From contig CM082589.2 in NCBI GenBank assembly GCA_040954595.2, positions 8,626,232 to 8,690,231 of the forward strand: a stretch of 64,000 bases of DNA, given 5' to 3'. The notes beneath the pieces were generated by a model. It made no database searches. It had not been told where the DNA came from and saw only the letters and a program-made list of their open reading frames with translations. How positions within the stretch are numbered: the stretch's first letter is position 1; every line of letters starts with the position of its first letter. Shown piece after piece: positions 12,869 to 25,230 of this stretch. Source of the stretch: Balanoglossus misakiensis (Eukaryota; Animalia; Hemichordata). Made by a program: the position numbers and the translations under genes.

Positions 12869-13516
12869 GTAAGTGGCAGGCATTCATGGTCACCAATGAG
12901 GGCTTAGATTTGTGATCAAGTGATTGTGATTTTGACCCCAAAAGATATACATCAAAGTGACTGAGAATGTTTTGTTCAGTTACAGGTGTGTATGGCTTGT
13001 TGTGGGTCTTGTAATTTGTCCATTGTGAAGTGACTGGAAACGATATTCAAAGTAGACTAGTTTCCAGATTAGTTAGTACATGCATTGGTTTGAACAGGTT
13101 GTACTGTGCCTCTTGGAATGTGCCTTCATCTTTAATTTGTCTGATGATAGTCTTATGTGCATGTGCTTAAGTTCATGTGTACAGACATTACATCCAACCT
13201 AAATTTTCGTCAAGTTTTGTGTTTGACACATTCAAATAGTGGACTGCCTTCGCTGCCTTCCATATTCATGTGCACCAAATAAGATGACTTCAGTTTTGTC
13301 CCTTCTTTTCACTCAATTTGCTGTCTTTTCCTGATCTCCGACACAGACTTTAGACTTGTCTGTTGTTAGGGCAGCACACTGCCTTCTGGCATTGACTGTA
13401 TACATGTCTTGTAACCAGAGTCTCTGGTTTGACACATGCACATAAGATTGTCATGATCACCCTTTAAAAGGTATCATATAGATGTTATAATACTAACACT
13501 GTTTGAAATTTTTCAG

Positions 13517-13817
13517 AGAGGAAGAATCAGAGAATGCAAGTAAGATTCTCAGTATGACAAAGGAGTGCCTTCTTCAGGGTTTGTCCGATGAAGAGTCCTA
13601 CCTGCGTTTGAGAGTCAGCAATTTCTGGAGCCACGAGACAAGATTGCCACCTGGAACTCTGGACAGAATGGTGTCCATGCTGGAGTGTATGTATTCAAAC
13701 AACACAGAGAATCAGTTTCTCAGCTATGCGACCAGCCTTCTGCTTGAGATGACATCAAAGAGTCCTGATTATAAAAGGGAGGTTTTTGAACATCCTCTGT
13801 CTGAGTGTAAATTTGAG
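13517..13817 (+). CDS. PRKDC: DNA-PKcs exon 10 ...NFWSHETRLP...FEHPLSECKFE
   Basis: cag/gtaagt, phase 2-0. Confidence 0.97.
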
Positions 13818-13926
13818 GTAAGTGGCTTCTGTAGGTTTATTACTCGCACAGTAAATTGAGTGGTTATTTTACGTACAGTGATTGCAGACCACATACAGTG
13901 ACTGCCATTATTCTCTCAGCAATTAA

Positions 13927-14111
13927 AGGTATACAGTCACCTCCAGTTTACATACGCCCATATATGGCTGAAATGGCGTATTTGAGCGTTCTGAAGAACA
14001 TATGGTGGCACTCTTTTTTTCGCATGCGCCACCCACTGAAAATTTGTGATTGGCTAGATCTCAATTTGCCATGGTAACTATTGCTTATTTTCCATAAGTG
14101 ACCGTATACCT
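13927..14111. mobile_element. Small TTAA MITE (Kolobok-type termini)
   Basis: ttaa-aggtatacagtcac...gtgaccgtatacct-ttaa. Confidence 0.8.
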
Positions 14112-14197
14112 TTAAAGTGAAACATAATTGCAGTTATATCTTGGAAATTGAATAAAGTGGTAATATAATTTAAACACTGTATTTTATGTTATATTAT

Positions 14198-14510
14198 ATT
14201 ATACCAGTATATTGATGGTGTAAATCACGCTATTTGATTGGTCGAGACACGACACGTGACCGTGATATATTAGCCATATACCACAGTCATATATCATAGT
14301 TAAAGAAAATGCCTTTTTAAAATGTTTTATGCAAAGTTTCAATATACTGGCATAATATAATAGCGATAAAACACCCCCAGCCATGGTATACCACTCGATT
14401 TTGACCAGTTCAACTCCATATACGCACTCGCTATCGCTCGTGCGTATATGTCGTGAACTGGTCAAAATCTCGTGATATACCATGGCTGGGGGTGTTTTAT
14501 TGCTTAATTA
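14198..14510. mobile_element. Hairpin-bearing non-autonomous element, probably Crypton-derived
   Basis: Long stem aaaacacccccagccatggtata.../...tataccatggctgggggtgtttt around ctcgctatcgctcg; tgattgg motif. Confidence 0.6.
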
Positions 14511-14703
14511 TTTACCATTGATGGAGTAATGATATTTAATGGTTATCAGGGTGTTACATTGTTTTGTTTCACCCAACAAACCAACCAACCATCCATCTAT
14601 TCATCTATCCATCCATCCTTTCAGTAAGTCAGTCAGTCAGTCTCACAATTTCTCTCTCCCTCTCTCACTTTCCCTCCCTATCTATTTCATGCACACTATA
14701 CAG

Positions 14704-14884
14704 GACTACCACATTGACCATTCATGGCAGCGACGTCATGCAGCCATATCAACACCTATGTTTGTAGAGACTCAGGCCAGTCAATCATCTCCCGGGATGT
14801 CCACACAGAGTACTAGTGAAAGTATCAGCCAACAAATCAGAGCTACTCAAGATGTCCAGCAATTTACTGCAACACAAGAAGTTG
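14704..14884 (+). CDS. PRKDC: DNA-PKcs exon 11, ABCDE autophosphorylation cluster (PMFVETQASQ...IRATQ...FTATQ)
   Basis: cag/gtaaga, phase 0-1; clustered S/TQ motifs. Confidence 0.96.
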
Positions 14885-14926
14885 GTAAGAAGCAAATTCA
14901 TCCTCTGTAGTATTTTAGGTTCTTAA

Positions 14927-15223
14927 AGGGACACAGTTTATGTAAAATGTACATGTGGGTATAGTGAATCAACGTTCGACCACACACACCTTCCATCCCA
15001 CTTGTAGACATGAGAGTAAAAAAACTCGCTAAAATGAATAATCAGTCTCTACCGTTTATTCATTTTGGGTGAAATTTTTACTCTCATATCTTACAGCCGG
15101 GATGAAGGTTGTGTGTGGTCGAATGCTAATTCACTATATATCTACATATCAAATAACTTAAACGGTGTCTTGTATCAAACATATTTAATGGAAAAGGGGC
15201 AGCGAGAGAGAGACTTTGTCCCT
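14927..15223. mobile_element. TTAA MITE family AGGGAC, third copy
   Basis: ttaa-agggac...gtccct-ttaa. Confidence 0.82.
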
Positions 15224-16030
15224 TTAAATGGTGCAGTTTAGATATTCACATTTCCCTTACACAATTTCTAAAACAGCACAATGATGTGTACTGCAGAAAA
15301 TATACTGTAAAAACAGCATAGATTTTGCTACAGGCAGATTATGATGGAGATAAAATATCACATTTGCAAAAAAAATTGCTGACATTTCTACCCTCTGAAA
15401 CCTACTGAATCACCATGCAAGGCAAAGATTCCTCCTCCCCTAGTGACATGTGAGTTTCAGAGTGATGTTACAAGCTGATCAGAATCTCATGGTTTTTTTT
15501 GCCCTGTTTTGAACGTCACTGACCGTCAGGACATCTGTGCTCATCAACAGTTGAACAATTTAGCAAATCTTGAAGATAACATTGTAATCATTCTGTTCTG
15601 TAGTTTGACCCCAAATGACCTCAATATAAGGATGAAAGAAAAGATCTGAACTTTTAAAGCCTCTGTAGCTGCCAAATGGTGCATTTTGTTCTTGATTTAA
15701 TCCATATTAATAAGCTTAGAGATTATATATGAATGTCTTATCAAAATTTGATTGTCAAGGTATGTTGCAATTCAAAAATCTGTCACACAGCTAGCCAAAG
15801 AAAATGGTGGTAAATTTAAAATCGCTGCAGGAACCCCAAACTTTTTCATTCAAGCAATTTGTCGCCAATAGACAACAAATTCATGCAAATACAGGTAATG
15901 TGGCTTAACACGTTTTATTGTATAGGATTGGGGAGAAGATTAAAGCATGTTATCGTCGGTAAAAAATGCAAAATCTGGCTGCTATAGGGGCTTTAATGTG
16001 ATTGCTGTTTCTCCTCCTCCTCCTACAAAG

Positions 16031-16255
16031 ATGGAGCCAGTGGCAGAAAGAGTGCCTACAATTGGTTGACTGGCAGCCAAGACACGTTTGCTGAATTCTC
16101 AGCCACTGCAGGTACAGAAACTCAGTCCTCACTGCTGTTCACCATTGGCACTGCCAAGAAGAAAGCATTAACCCGGAAACCAGGCAGACCAGTGGGTCCA
16201 GGCTTTGGCACTGAGAAAATGGGTGCAGGGAAGGACCAGGTTGATGGCACTGAAG
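16031..16255 (+). CDS. PRKDC: DNA-PKcs exon 12 ...AYNWLTGS...SLLF...PVGPGFG
   Basis: aag/gtaatg, phase 1-1. Confidence 0.92.
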
Positions 16256-16307
16256 GTAATGCATATTTGGGGCCCAATGCCTCTGGCTGTTGGGACCCTA
16301 TTGGACT

Positions 16308-17955
16308 TTTTAAAGTCCCATTTGGTATATATCAGGGCTCGCGTTCATGTCTATCTCTATTTTGTTGCACATAATTCAATACAATTTCATGCAAATTTTG
16401 GGGGCTCTTTGTGTGCACTGCACGTGAAAAATTAAATGTCAAACGCAAGCCCTGTTTATATAATGGGTTGCGCCAGTATGGATGCATGTATGTCTGTATG
16501 TCCTTCCACATCAAAATCTTTGAAAACCACTGCGCGTATCACCTCGATATTTGGTGTGTAGATGCAGGCCGGGCTGTAGATGGGAGTTTGTTCAAATGAA
16601 GTTGTTATTGCCAAAAATATGCTCATGGGCTGGAAAAGTGTGAAATTGGTCAAAACTCAGTAACTAAAGAACTACTGGTCAGATTGATTTGGAAGTTGGT
16701 GTACAGGTACCTTATGTCAACCTCATATACAGTGGAACGCCGATTATCCGAACCTGTTGGGCGGGTTAGATTTTGTTCGGATAATTGATTGTTCGGATAA
16801 TTGATTTTGGCACGTCCGAACAAAGGAAATTGACCACACCATTGGGGCATGCGTATGTTACGATGTTTCCCACATGCACATGCATTTTCAATGCACTCAC
16901 AAAATGAAGCTAATAAAATAATAAAACACAATTCGTCTTCTTTTATATAAAAAAATACATATATTAAGAGTTCAAAAGGTTAAGAAAGAAAAAAAGACGA
17001 AGTCAAAGCTGCAATGTTCTGATCCGTTCAACATCGTATGTGGCCGGTCATCGTACCAAACCATGAACGTGCGTAGGCCTTCCATGGCCACGGTAGATTT
17101 CGCTAGAGCTGGTGTCTCGTTCTCTTTATCGTCCTAATTTTTCATGCCATGAGTTTATTTCTGAGAAACAAAGTCGATGATTTCATCATACGTTAATGTT
17201 TCGAAGCTGTCATAGTTCTCGCTAGTCTCCAAATCTTCGATGTCAGTGACATTCAAACCGCGCAAAAGAAGCTCTCCGCACGAGGTCACTTCCGCAAGTG
17301 ACGTCTTGGCTGTCATTCATATCGGCGCTGCCATGGTCACCGACCGCGACCCGACACGCCTTCACTGTGTCGCGGAATGAAGTCCATGCGTTTGAAAAGC
17401 CGTGTCTTTGATGTTGACACCTCGGACGATCTCCGCCGTCTGCTCGCACGAGTCGAAGACGGGCGATCTCATCCAACCCATGGCTTTCATTTGTATTATC
17501 AACGACAGTGCTAAGCTTATTTCGGCGATAAATCTACTTCACACTATCAAAAAATTGACCAAAGCCGTGCCGACGCGACAAGTGATTTTTCGTGTTTTAC
17601 ACTTGAGTGTGAAATCCTAGTGTCGAATGTTACCATACCCGAAAGTGTGACACTCTGTTGTCGTAAAATGATTGAAATATTCAATGATAAAGACGTTTTT
17701 AACACGTCCCACCGCCCTTTACAACAGAAACAATTAGAACTGACCAAAGAAATCTGTCCGAAATGTCAGTTTTCCTGCGGAAATGTCACAGACCGCCGAG
17801 AAAACAAGTGCTTGGCATGGCTAATTAAATGTTCAGGGACCGTACCCGGGACCGTACCAAAGCGTTCGGATAATCCGAAATTCGGATAATTGGTGTTCGG
17901 ATAATCGGCGTTCCACTGTAGTCATGATAGTTTGGAGCTAATATCATGAATTTTC
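16308..17955 (-). mobile_element. HINE-like element split by a pogo/Tigger insertion
   Basis: Reverse-complement homology to 26470-26838 continues across the 16730-17918 insertion. Confidence 0.7.
16730..17918 (-). mobile_element. pogo/Tigger-like deleted DNA transposon
   Basis: Perfect 24-bp TIR CAGTGGAACGCCGATTATCCGAAC, TA TSD; degenerate transposase C-terminal remnants on the minus strand (LTYDEIIDFV). Confidence 0.9.
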
Positions 17956-18340
17956 ATAGAGAAATTGAGAGCAAGGTTCTGGGATTCAAAATATTGCGAC
18001 AACACAGCAATCAATATTTAATCTACTTTATTCATTGACTCAGAATATAAAGTGCTCATGAAATGTCCCCTAACATGTATCTGTTTGTGGAGCACAAGAC
18101 AAAAATGTGAGGATCTGATTGGTTAAGTATATTTCAGGAATTCAGCAAAGTAAATGTTTGTCATTTGTTTTTTGTACAAAGTCCTTCATTCCATTAAGTT
18201 ATTCATGTTGTTCTTGATCTGTTATTGTAAATTTAATTCAAATTTCCTATTTGATAATCAAGAAAGAAGACATTTTATTTTTATTTTGCAGTGATATTTT
18301 CTATGATGATTTTGAGAGTTTCATGTTATTTCCTTCTTAG

Positions 18341-18456
18341 AGAGCAGTGAAGCAGATAAAGAGATCCTCAGATTGAAGAGGCGATTTCTGAAAGATCAGG
18401 AATCTACCAGGGCTTTTTTTGCTAAGAGAGAAGCAAGACGGAAAAAGATGAGAGAG
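18341..18456 (+). CDS. PRKDC: DNA-PKcs exon 13 ...ILRLKRRFLKDQ...KKMRE (GC donor)
   Basis: tag acceptor; AG|GCAAGT donor, phase 1-0. Confidence 0.88.
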
Positions 18457-19802
18457 GCAAGTGCATGGCTGGATTGGTCTTTATTCTATAAAGTTGTTAG
18501 ATGTGGCATATTGCTAGAATTTTTTCCTTACGTGGCTGAGGTAATGTTATTTCCTTCTCTGTCTGTGTGTCTGTTGGTTAGCACAATGTCTCAAGAATGT
18601 CTGATCAGATTTTGATCAGCTTTACTACACAGCTTATATTTTTGAATTGCAAGAACTAATTAGTTTTTTGGTGACAATGGCAAGCAAATTGATCGAGTTA
18701 TAAACAACTTGTGCCTCAAAATCGACATGCCAAAATGATTGTGTATCATGTGTGGACATTCTGTTCATATCTGGTCTGAGTTGTGCTGACCTTGCATGCA
18801 AGTTTAAGGTGTCCAAAAGAATAGTGTCGTGTTGAGGACACCAGACACTAGTAAGGTCATGTGATATCAGAAAAACTCCAAGCTCGTAGACAAATCTAAT
18901 TAATGCTCCATTAGATGTAACTTTTTGCTGTGTTTTCAGTATTTTTGTTTTGAGTATCTAAAACAGTTTCTAGTTCACATCCTTGAAACATGATGAAATG
19001 CATTTAGCTTATTAGCAGAGCCTTTACGTGTATATAGCCAGCACTGTTATGTGCAAAATATGAATTCAAGTCTCGACAAGAATTAGTTTGTCAACAATAA
19101 CAATGGTTGTTACACACATACCAGTACAATGCCACATTGACAAACAGAGTACTGGGTTTTTTAGCATGCTGTTTGGAGTAGAATAAGAATAAAACTTATT
19201 TGATACGTGGAACATTAAAATATGACCAATAACTCCTGCAAAAGGTCAGTATACATAAGATTTTGGTGCAATTCACACAAATTGTACCTTAATTGTGTGT
19301 GTAGCCAACTGTGGTGGCAGTTATTGCTATTTACCAATCCTTGTGCCTCTGTCATCTTGTCATCTTGATGTGGTTGCCTCAGTAAATTTACATACTCATA
19401 ATGAGACAGCAGAGGAGACATTGAAGAAATCAAACATAGGAAATTCATTGTCCAGACCCACGCATCACTTAAAAAAAAAATAAGAATGTTTTGATATCAC
19501 CACACAATATCTGAAAACAACACATGCATTTCACTACACTGCCATCAATTTACACTAAAATCATGGTTTTTTGCCAAACAAAGAATAGATTTGACTTACT
19601 TTGAATCTCATATATTGTATCAAATGATCCGTGTGACTCCCTCATGCGCTTGGAATGTTGCAGTAATTCTTAGTGATCTCTAACACCTGAGGTTTTGTGG
19701 CTGATATAGTTGCTGATTGTAATGTGTAATCAGTTGTAGAGACATGTATTTCTGTCAAAGATTGTGGTATTATTCTCTAAATTAAAAAAAATTCTCAAAC
19801 AG

Positions 19803-19934
19803 GAAATCCAGAAAGAACAAAAGCAGAGAAGACATAACTTGGTGACTCTATACCGAAGCTATCGTCATGGTGATTTGCCTGATATTCAGATCAAATACAT
19901 GTACCTGATAGCACCATTGCAAGCTCTGGCACAG
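19803..19934 (+). CDS. PRKDC: DNA-PKcs exon 14 EIQKE...[16 protein letters not shown]...LQALAQ
   Basis: cag/gtaata, phase 0-0. Confidence 0.97.
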
Positions 19935-20192
19935 GTAATATTTGTAAATCTTATTAAAATATTATGTGGTTTGTAACACTAGACAATGCTGATGGGCATA
20001 TTTAAAAAACAAAAAATATATTCCCTTGCATTCACCAATTAATAAATTGAACACAAGGATGATCGATCAATGTCAGAACCTTTAATATACAGTTTCATTC
20101 TTCATTTAGATAAAATAATATTTATATTGTCAAAATAATATTTATATTGAAATTTAACCTGTTTAAAAATGTCCTTTTTTCCTCATCCACAG

Positions 20193-20372
20193 AGAGATGC
20201 TGGCATTGCCAGACAGCTGTTTACTTCCCTGTTTTGTGGAGTCCTTAAGCAAATTGATGAAGTCAAGACAGAGAAGGAGACACAGGAGACTATCAGTACT
20301 ATCAACGAACACATGAAATTAATATTGAATAACTCCACACAGTACTATCCTCCTTTTATTGGCTGCATTCAG
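20193..20372 (+). CDS. PRKDC: DNA-PKcs exon 15 RDAGIARQLFTSLF...PPFIGCIQ
   Basis: cag/gtagga, phase 0-0. Confidence 0.96.
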
Positions 20373-20499
20373 GTAGGAAGAGTCATGAGTTGTATGAAAT
20401 TTGTGTTTATTGTAAACTTGGGATTTTACTCGTATGAGTTCATCAAGTTTTATGAAATACCAATACTATGAAAGAACTTCATGACCTCTGCGCGCAACT

Positions 20500-20823
20500 C
20501 AATCTGATTAAAATCAGATGTTGAGTCAGGCGCTGATCTTTTCTCGGTGTACTTGCAACACTACATCTGAACCTTTGCCATCTCGCTTTAGTGAATGGAT
20601 CCATTCAACCAATCACAGAGCGGCTTTCCCGACGCTTTGTTTTTCCATTTCTCCAGTGTTCTTCTGTAATGACGGCTCTGATTGAATAGGGAAAGTGCAA
20701 GATTTAAACGAGATTTCCTATGGCATAGGTTCAGATGTAGTGTGGGTGTTTCCCTTCTGAACAGCTAAGAATCAGCAAAGGTAAAGATGGTGGCCAACGC
20801 TACATCTGATTTTAATCAGATTG
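20500..20823. mobile_element. Fold-back MITE with CAA termini and imperfect 9-bp TSD
   Basis: TIR caatctgattaaaatcagatgt; flanks cgcgcaact / cgcgctaact. Confidence 0.75.
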
Positions 20824-21060
20824 CGCGCTAACTGTGCTGTAGTGAAGTTAATTTCATAAGTGATGCAGTTACAAGCACAAGGGAAAAACGTTGAATGATA
20901 TGGTCGATTGAGGGGGAAATGGGGATCTTATTATTTCATATGTTCATTTGCATATGAGCTTGCAAAAATACCAGAAATGTTATTGCACTCATCACTTAGA
21001 ATACAGTGATACATTGAGTAACAATAATTCTGGAAACCTCATAATTCTTCTGTCTTTCAG

Positions 21061-21148
21061 GATATAGCATATTGGAACTGCAAACACATTTCATTAGATG
21101 CTGAGAGTATCAGTACTGCATCTTTGATTAGTCAACAACAACCGTTAG
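21061..21148 (+). CDS. PRKDC: DNA-PKcs exon 16 DIAYW...SQQQPL
   Basis: cag/gtaaga, phase 0-1. Confidence 0.94.
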
Positions 21149-21288
21149 GTAAGATGATGAATCGCATATATCAAGTTTCATTTTAATTTGCATGCAAGAC
21201 GTTTATTTTGTATGGTTTCATGGATCACTGTTTCAGGTCAAATAATCAAAGATTATAATCGCTCTACTGACAATGTATAGGTGTAATA

Positions 21289-21497
21289 CTGTAAAACACT
21301 TTATTTTCGCGAGTGATAATTTTTCGCAAAATATGCGAGAGCCAAAATAGCGTGAAAATGAAAAGTCGCGTAAATTTTTTGTTTAAGATAATGATGCAGT
21401 GAATGAAATAAGAGAACGCGAAAATTAATACTCGCGAAACAGTGGCCTCTCTTGATATTGCGAAAATTTTAACTCGCGAAAATAAAGTGTTTTACAG
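21289..21497. mobile_element. Tc1/mariner-superfamily MITE, TA TSD
   Basis: TIR ctgtaaaacactttattttcgcgagt; internal cgcgaaa repeats; diverged relative near 49872-50040. Confidence 0.88.
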
Positions 21498-21569
21498 TAT
21501 TTCAAGTCTTGAGTGACATACAGTGGTGGTCAATTTAGCTTGGAGTTTCACTGTTCAGCAGAGACTGAT

Positions 21570-22516
21570 AATTTGATTGTAACGGCGCTTCAAAGCATTC
21601 AAAACGCCTTGGTCCATGGGCTGGAGTAACGGTGTAGTGTTCGGTAGGAGAAATAAACATCGGATCGTGCCATCTTGATTTTGAAGTTCAGTTTTGGACT
21701 GACAGGACGAAATCGTTGTGGAACCAGGTGGAGAATAATTCTGAATTCATCCAGGTACTTGGTTGATTTAAATAGCGAATCGGTAGATTGTCCATGTTGA
21801 CATGCATGCTTAAAACAACGTGGATTTCGTTATTTACCGACAACAACAGGCAAAAGTTTTTGCGTTCCGGCTACATTTGCGCAACCCATAACTGTTAAAT
21901 GGTCTTTGCTGACTTTGAAACCGGGGGCAGACTTCCCATTGGCGGCAGCAAGAGTTTTTCTTGGCAGCAATTTCCAGTGGAGTCCGGTTTCGTTAGCATT
22001 GTAGAGTTGTTTGGTGGTGTAGTTTTCGTGCTCGATTAGTTCATGGAACTTCTGAATAAACGGCTTGACTCTGGCTTCATTGGATGAGAGTTTCTTGCTC
22101 TGGCGGATGCCGTGTCTCTGCTGAAACTTTTTTAGCCATCCAGTGCTCGCCTTGAAATTGGATTGGTCGCCGTTGAGTTGTTCATCAAACCACTAAGCTT
22201 TTTTCAAAATCAGCTGGCCCGATAGAGGAGTGCCCTTACCCCGCTCTTGCTGAAACTACGTGAACACTGATTTCTCCCAGGGGTTCGTCGTGTGCGGTCT
22301 TCATGACTTTGTGTTTCAGACCAACACTGCTGTCCATCTTGCTTGCAAGTCAAGTAACTTTCCTTTGGCCTTTTTGATGTCAGTTATCGTTGACTTTCAG
22401 ACACTAAACTCTGATGCAAGCTTCGTAGCACTTTCACCTCTCTTGATGCGATCGATGATGCTGAGCTTGGTGTCTAGATCGAGGACGTTGCGCTTGCGTT
22501 TCAGTGATGTAGACAT
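21570..22516 (-). pseudogene. Degenerate Tigger/Jerky-like (pogo) transposase
   Basis: KRKRNVLDLDTKL HTH, FKASTGWLKKFQQRHGI, YNANETGL, PNTTPLLQPMDQG; stops and deletions. Confidence 0.9.
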
Positions 22517-22964
22517 TACGTAGTGTTTTGACTGAAAACAGCAAGGTGATGGATTTTCGATGTTTGCTGATCGTGTTAGATTTAACGAGTGACAACTCCA
22601 CACAAAATTCAATATTTCATACCTTTCGTGCAAGCTTGTTTACACTCTGTACAAAAACGGGAGGTTCTAAAAAGTGACCCAATATTGGCACAGTGATGTT
22701 GCCTTGACCTTTCTGTTAGGCCGACACTTGCCCCTGACAAAACAGGCCGCCATGATGTAAGCATTTGCCGAACGTGGTCTTTGTTTTGTTCGCCTTCTGA
22801 CTGCACTCACCAACACATTAGCATTGGCACTAATAACACACCCACACTTAAAACAATGGACTAATGAGCGTTAAGAATGTTGAAAGAAAAACTTCTTTTG
22901 TGTGAAAAACAAAAGTTTGGTTATCTTTATTTGTAAACCAGTGATCTGACACTGCCTGATAGGA

Positions 22965-23858
22965 CGCCAAATTTTAAAGTAATCAGCCATTTAATTTCCG
23001 AGAAATATAATTTTGATCAAAATTGGAAAATATCCCCCCCCCCCCCAAATACAAGATATTGCCCCACAAAACATTGAAACTTTCATCATAGATTTTGTAA
23101 ATCATCATGACAACTCACCATGGAACCTTCAAATCAAATTTCAAAGCAATGGGATAGAGGGTTCTGAGAAAGAGTTTTGACCAAAAATGGGAAAAATCAC
23201 CCCAAAAATATACTATTGAATTCTTCACGTTGATTTGAAAAACATGCATGGAAATCTTACTCGGGGTACCCCTATGAACGTGCCCAACTAATTTCAAAGC
23301 AATTTGAAAAGCAGTTTTACAGAATAAAATATTGATCAAAAAGGGAAAAATTGCTCCAAAATTATAAATATGCAATTTGAAAGTCAGATCACCTATATGA
23401 ATATCCATACTATATTTCAAAGAAGTCGGCTGATCAATTCCAGAAAAGTAGACTTTTTACAAAAAATGTGGAAAAGGACAAAAAATGCATAAAAAAAGAA
23501 AATTCACAATATTAGCTCCAAACATACTGAACTACTAGTATGTGAAGTTAACATACGGTACATGCATACTTATTTTCAAATCAATATGACCAGTGGTTGC
23601 TGTGTTTCAAAGTTTTGATCAAATTTAGGTTTTTCCCAGCTAATTTGCATATTTTTGGCAATGACAACTTCATTTGAACAAACTCCCACCTACAGCCCGT
23701 AATGCATCTGCACACCAAATGTCGAGGTTATACACGCAACGGTTTTCAAGTTCTTGATGTGGACAGACATACCATCCATACATCCATCCATCCATACATA
23801 CAGACGCAACCGATCCCATAAGGTCCCCCAATGGTATATACACATGGGACCTAAAAAA
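22965..23858 (+). mobile_element. HINE-like element (tandem core units, (CATC/CATA)n, terminal stem-loop)
   Basis: Repeated aatttcaaagcaat units; aggtccc...gggacct hairpin 23821-23852 followed by an A run; homologous to 25740-26838. Confidence 0.75.
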
Positions 23859-23929
23859 CCTATGATCTGTGACATGAATTTTTAATTACAATCCCATATA
23901 CACCATGCCTTACGGACGAGCCACCATCT

Positions 23930-25120
23930 TCAAAAGCCTGGGACCTCTGATGTATTGTCGCACTGGACTTCCATACATGATATGTCTTGCAGATGACTAG
24001 CCAGACGCTCCAATCCCCTGCAAACTGCCAGCATCTCCAGCTGATTTATGTGGAGACTCTGCTCGGCACGTTTCCACTGTTCCTGTGCTGAATTGTGCCC
24101 GCATACTGCTCCCCATCCTCTGATGGGCGAATCTGTTTGAATTATTAATTGTGTATGTGGTAGTAGGGACTTCCATGCATGAAGACATTCTATCCACCAT
24201 CTCAACTCTTTCTTTGCTGCTGGAGAGAGACTCAACAGGGTTTGAATGAAACACCCCATCTGAGCAAAAACCTGCAGCTGATCTTTCACGAGAGCATGGT
24301 AATGAAGGGCTGCCACAGTAATTGCCTCCAGAGCAGCCGTCATTCGACCCAACACTTTTGCTAGACAACGCACAGTGACCACTTCTTTCTGTAGTAACAC
24401 TTGATAATCTGATTGGAGTGTCTGTTCCTTTTCCTGTGGAGTTGATAATCATCCTCAAAAGCTGAATTTGCTGTTTCGGTGGAAACTTGGATTTCTCAAA
24501 ATTGACTAGGAAAAGTACACTCTGCAGAAGTTGCACAGCTGTCTCTACGTTCACTTGGCAAATCTCCCTGGATTCCCCCAGGATCAGGAAGTCGCCTGTA
24601 TAAATTACACAACGAGTACCTTGGCGATAAAGCTCAGCGATGACCTTCAACACTTTCGTAAAAAATCTCCAAGAGCACTGGCAATGGCAAAGGGCAGAAA
24701 TGCAAATTCAAACTTTGTCTCCTTCCTGTGATTTACAAAAATTGGAATTGTGTTGTAAGCATCCTTCAGATCTACTGTGGCCATAAAGTTGCTTGGACAA
24801 AGTAGTGCTTTAACATGCCGAAGGCCTTCCATCTTGAGGTGCTAATATCTACTTTAAAAGTATTGAGAGTTCGACTATTCAATTGGCACAACTATTTTCC
24901 AACGCATTGGTCAGGAAAAGCACTACCTTTTATTCCGAAATTTCACTTTCAAACAAGTAAATATCAGGGAAAAACTTACAGGAAGCGAGTGTTTGTTCTC
25001 CTGATTGGCATTTTGAAATCCCACAGAACTTCCAAATTCCTGAAAATTGTAACGCAGATTTTGTTGCTTTGCCAACCCATTCCACAGCCATATTATCAAG
25101 ATTTTGTCGCTTGACAGCCT
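23930..25120 (-). pseudogene. DIRS-type retrotransposon RT/RNase H remnant
   Basis: VDLKDAY, LPFAIASA, YTGDFLI, QTDS-GWGA, HINQLEMLAV; multiple frameshifts. Confidence 0.85.
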
Positions 25121-25230
25121 TTTATTCCATCTGGACGATATAGATCCTATGCTTTGCTAATATTTATTACCTGGGCCTGTATAAGCCCTTGTAAAGAAAC
25201 ACAAGAAGTGTTTTCTCATATGTTGTTTAA

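Noticed and set aside
17467-17481. LIQPM pogo-like motif on the + strand of the Tigger relic
   Set aside because: Opposite strand to the other remnants and too short to separate inversion from chance
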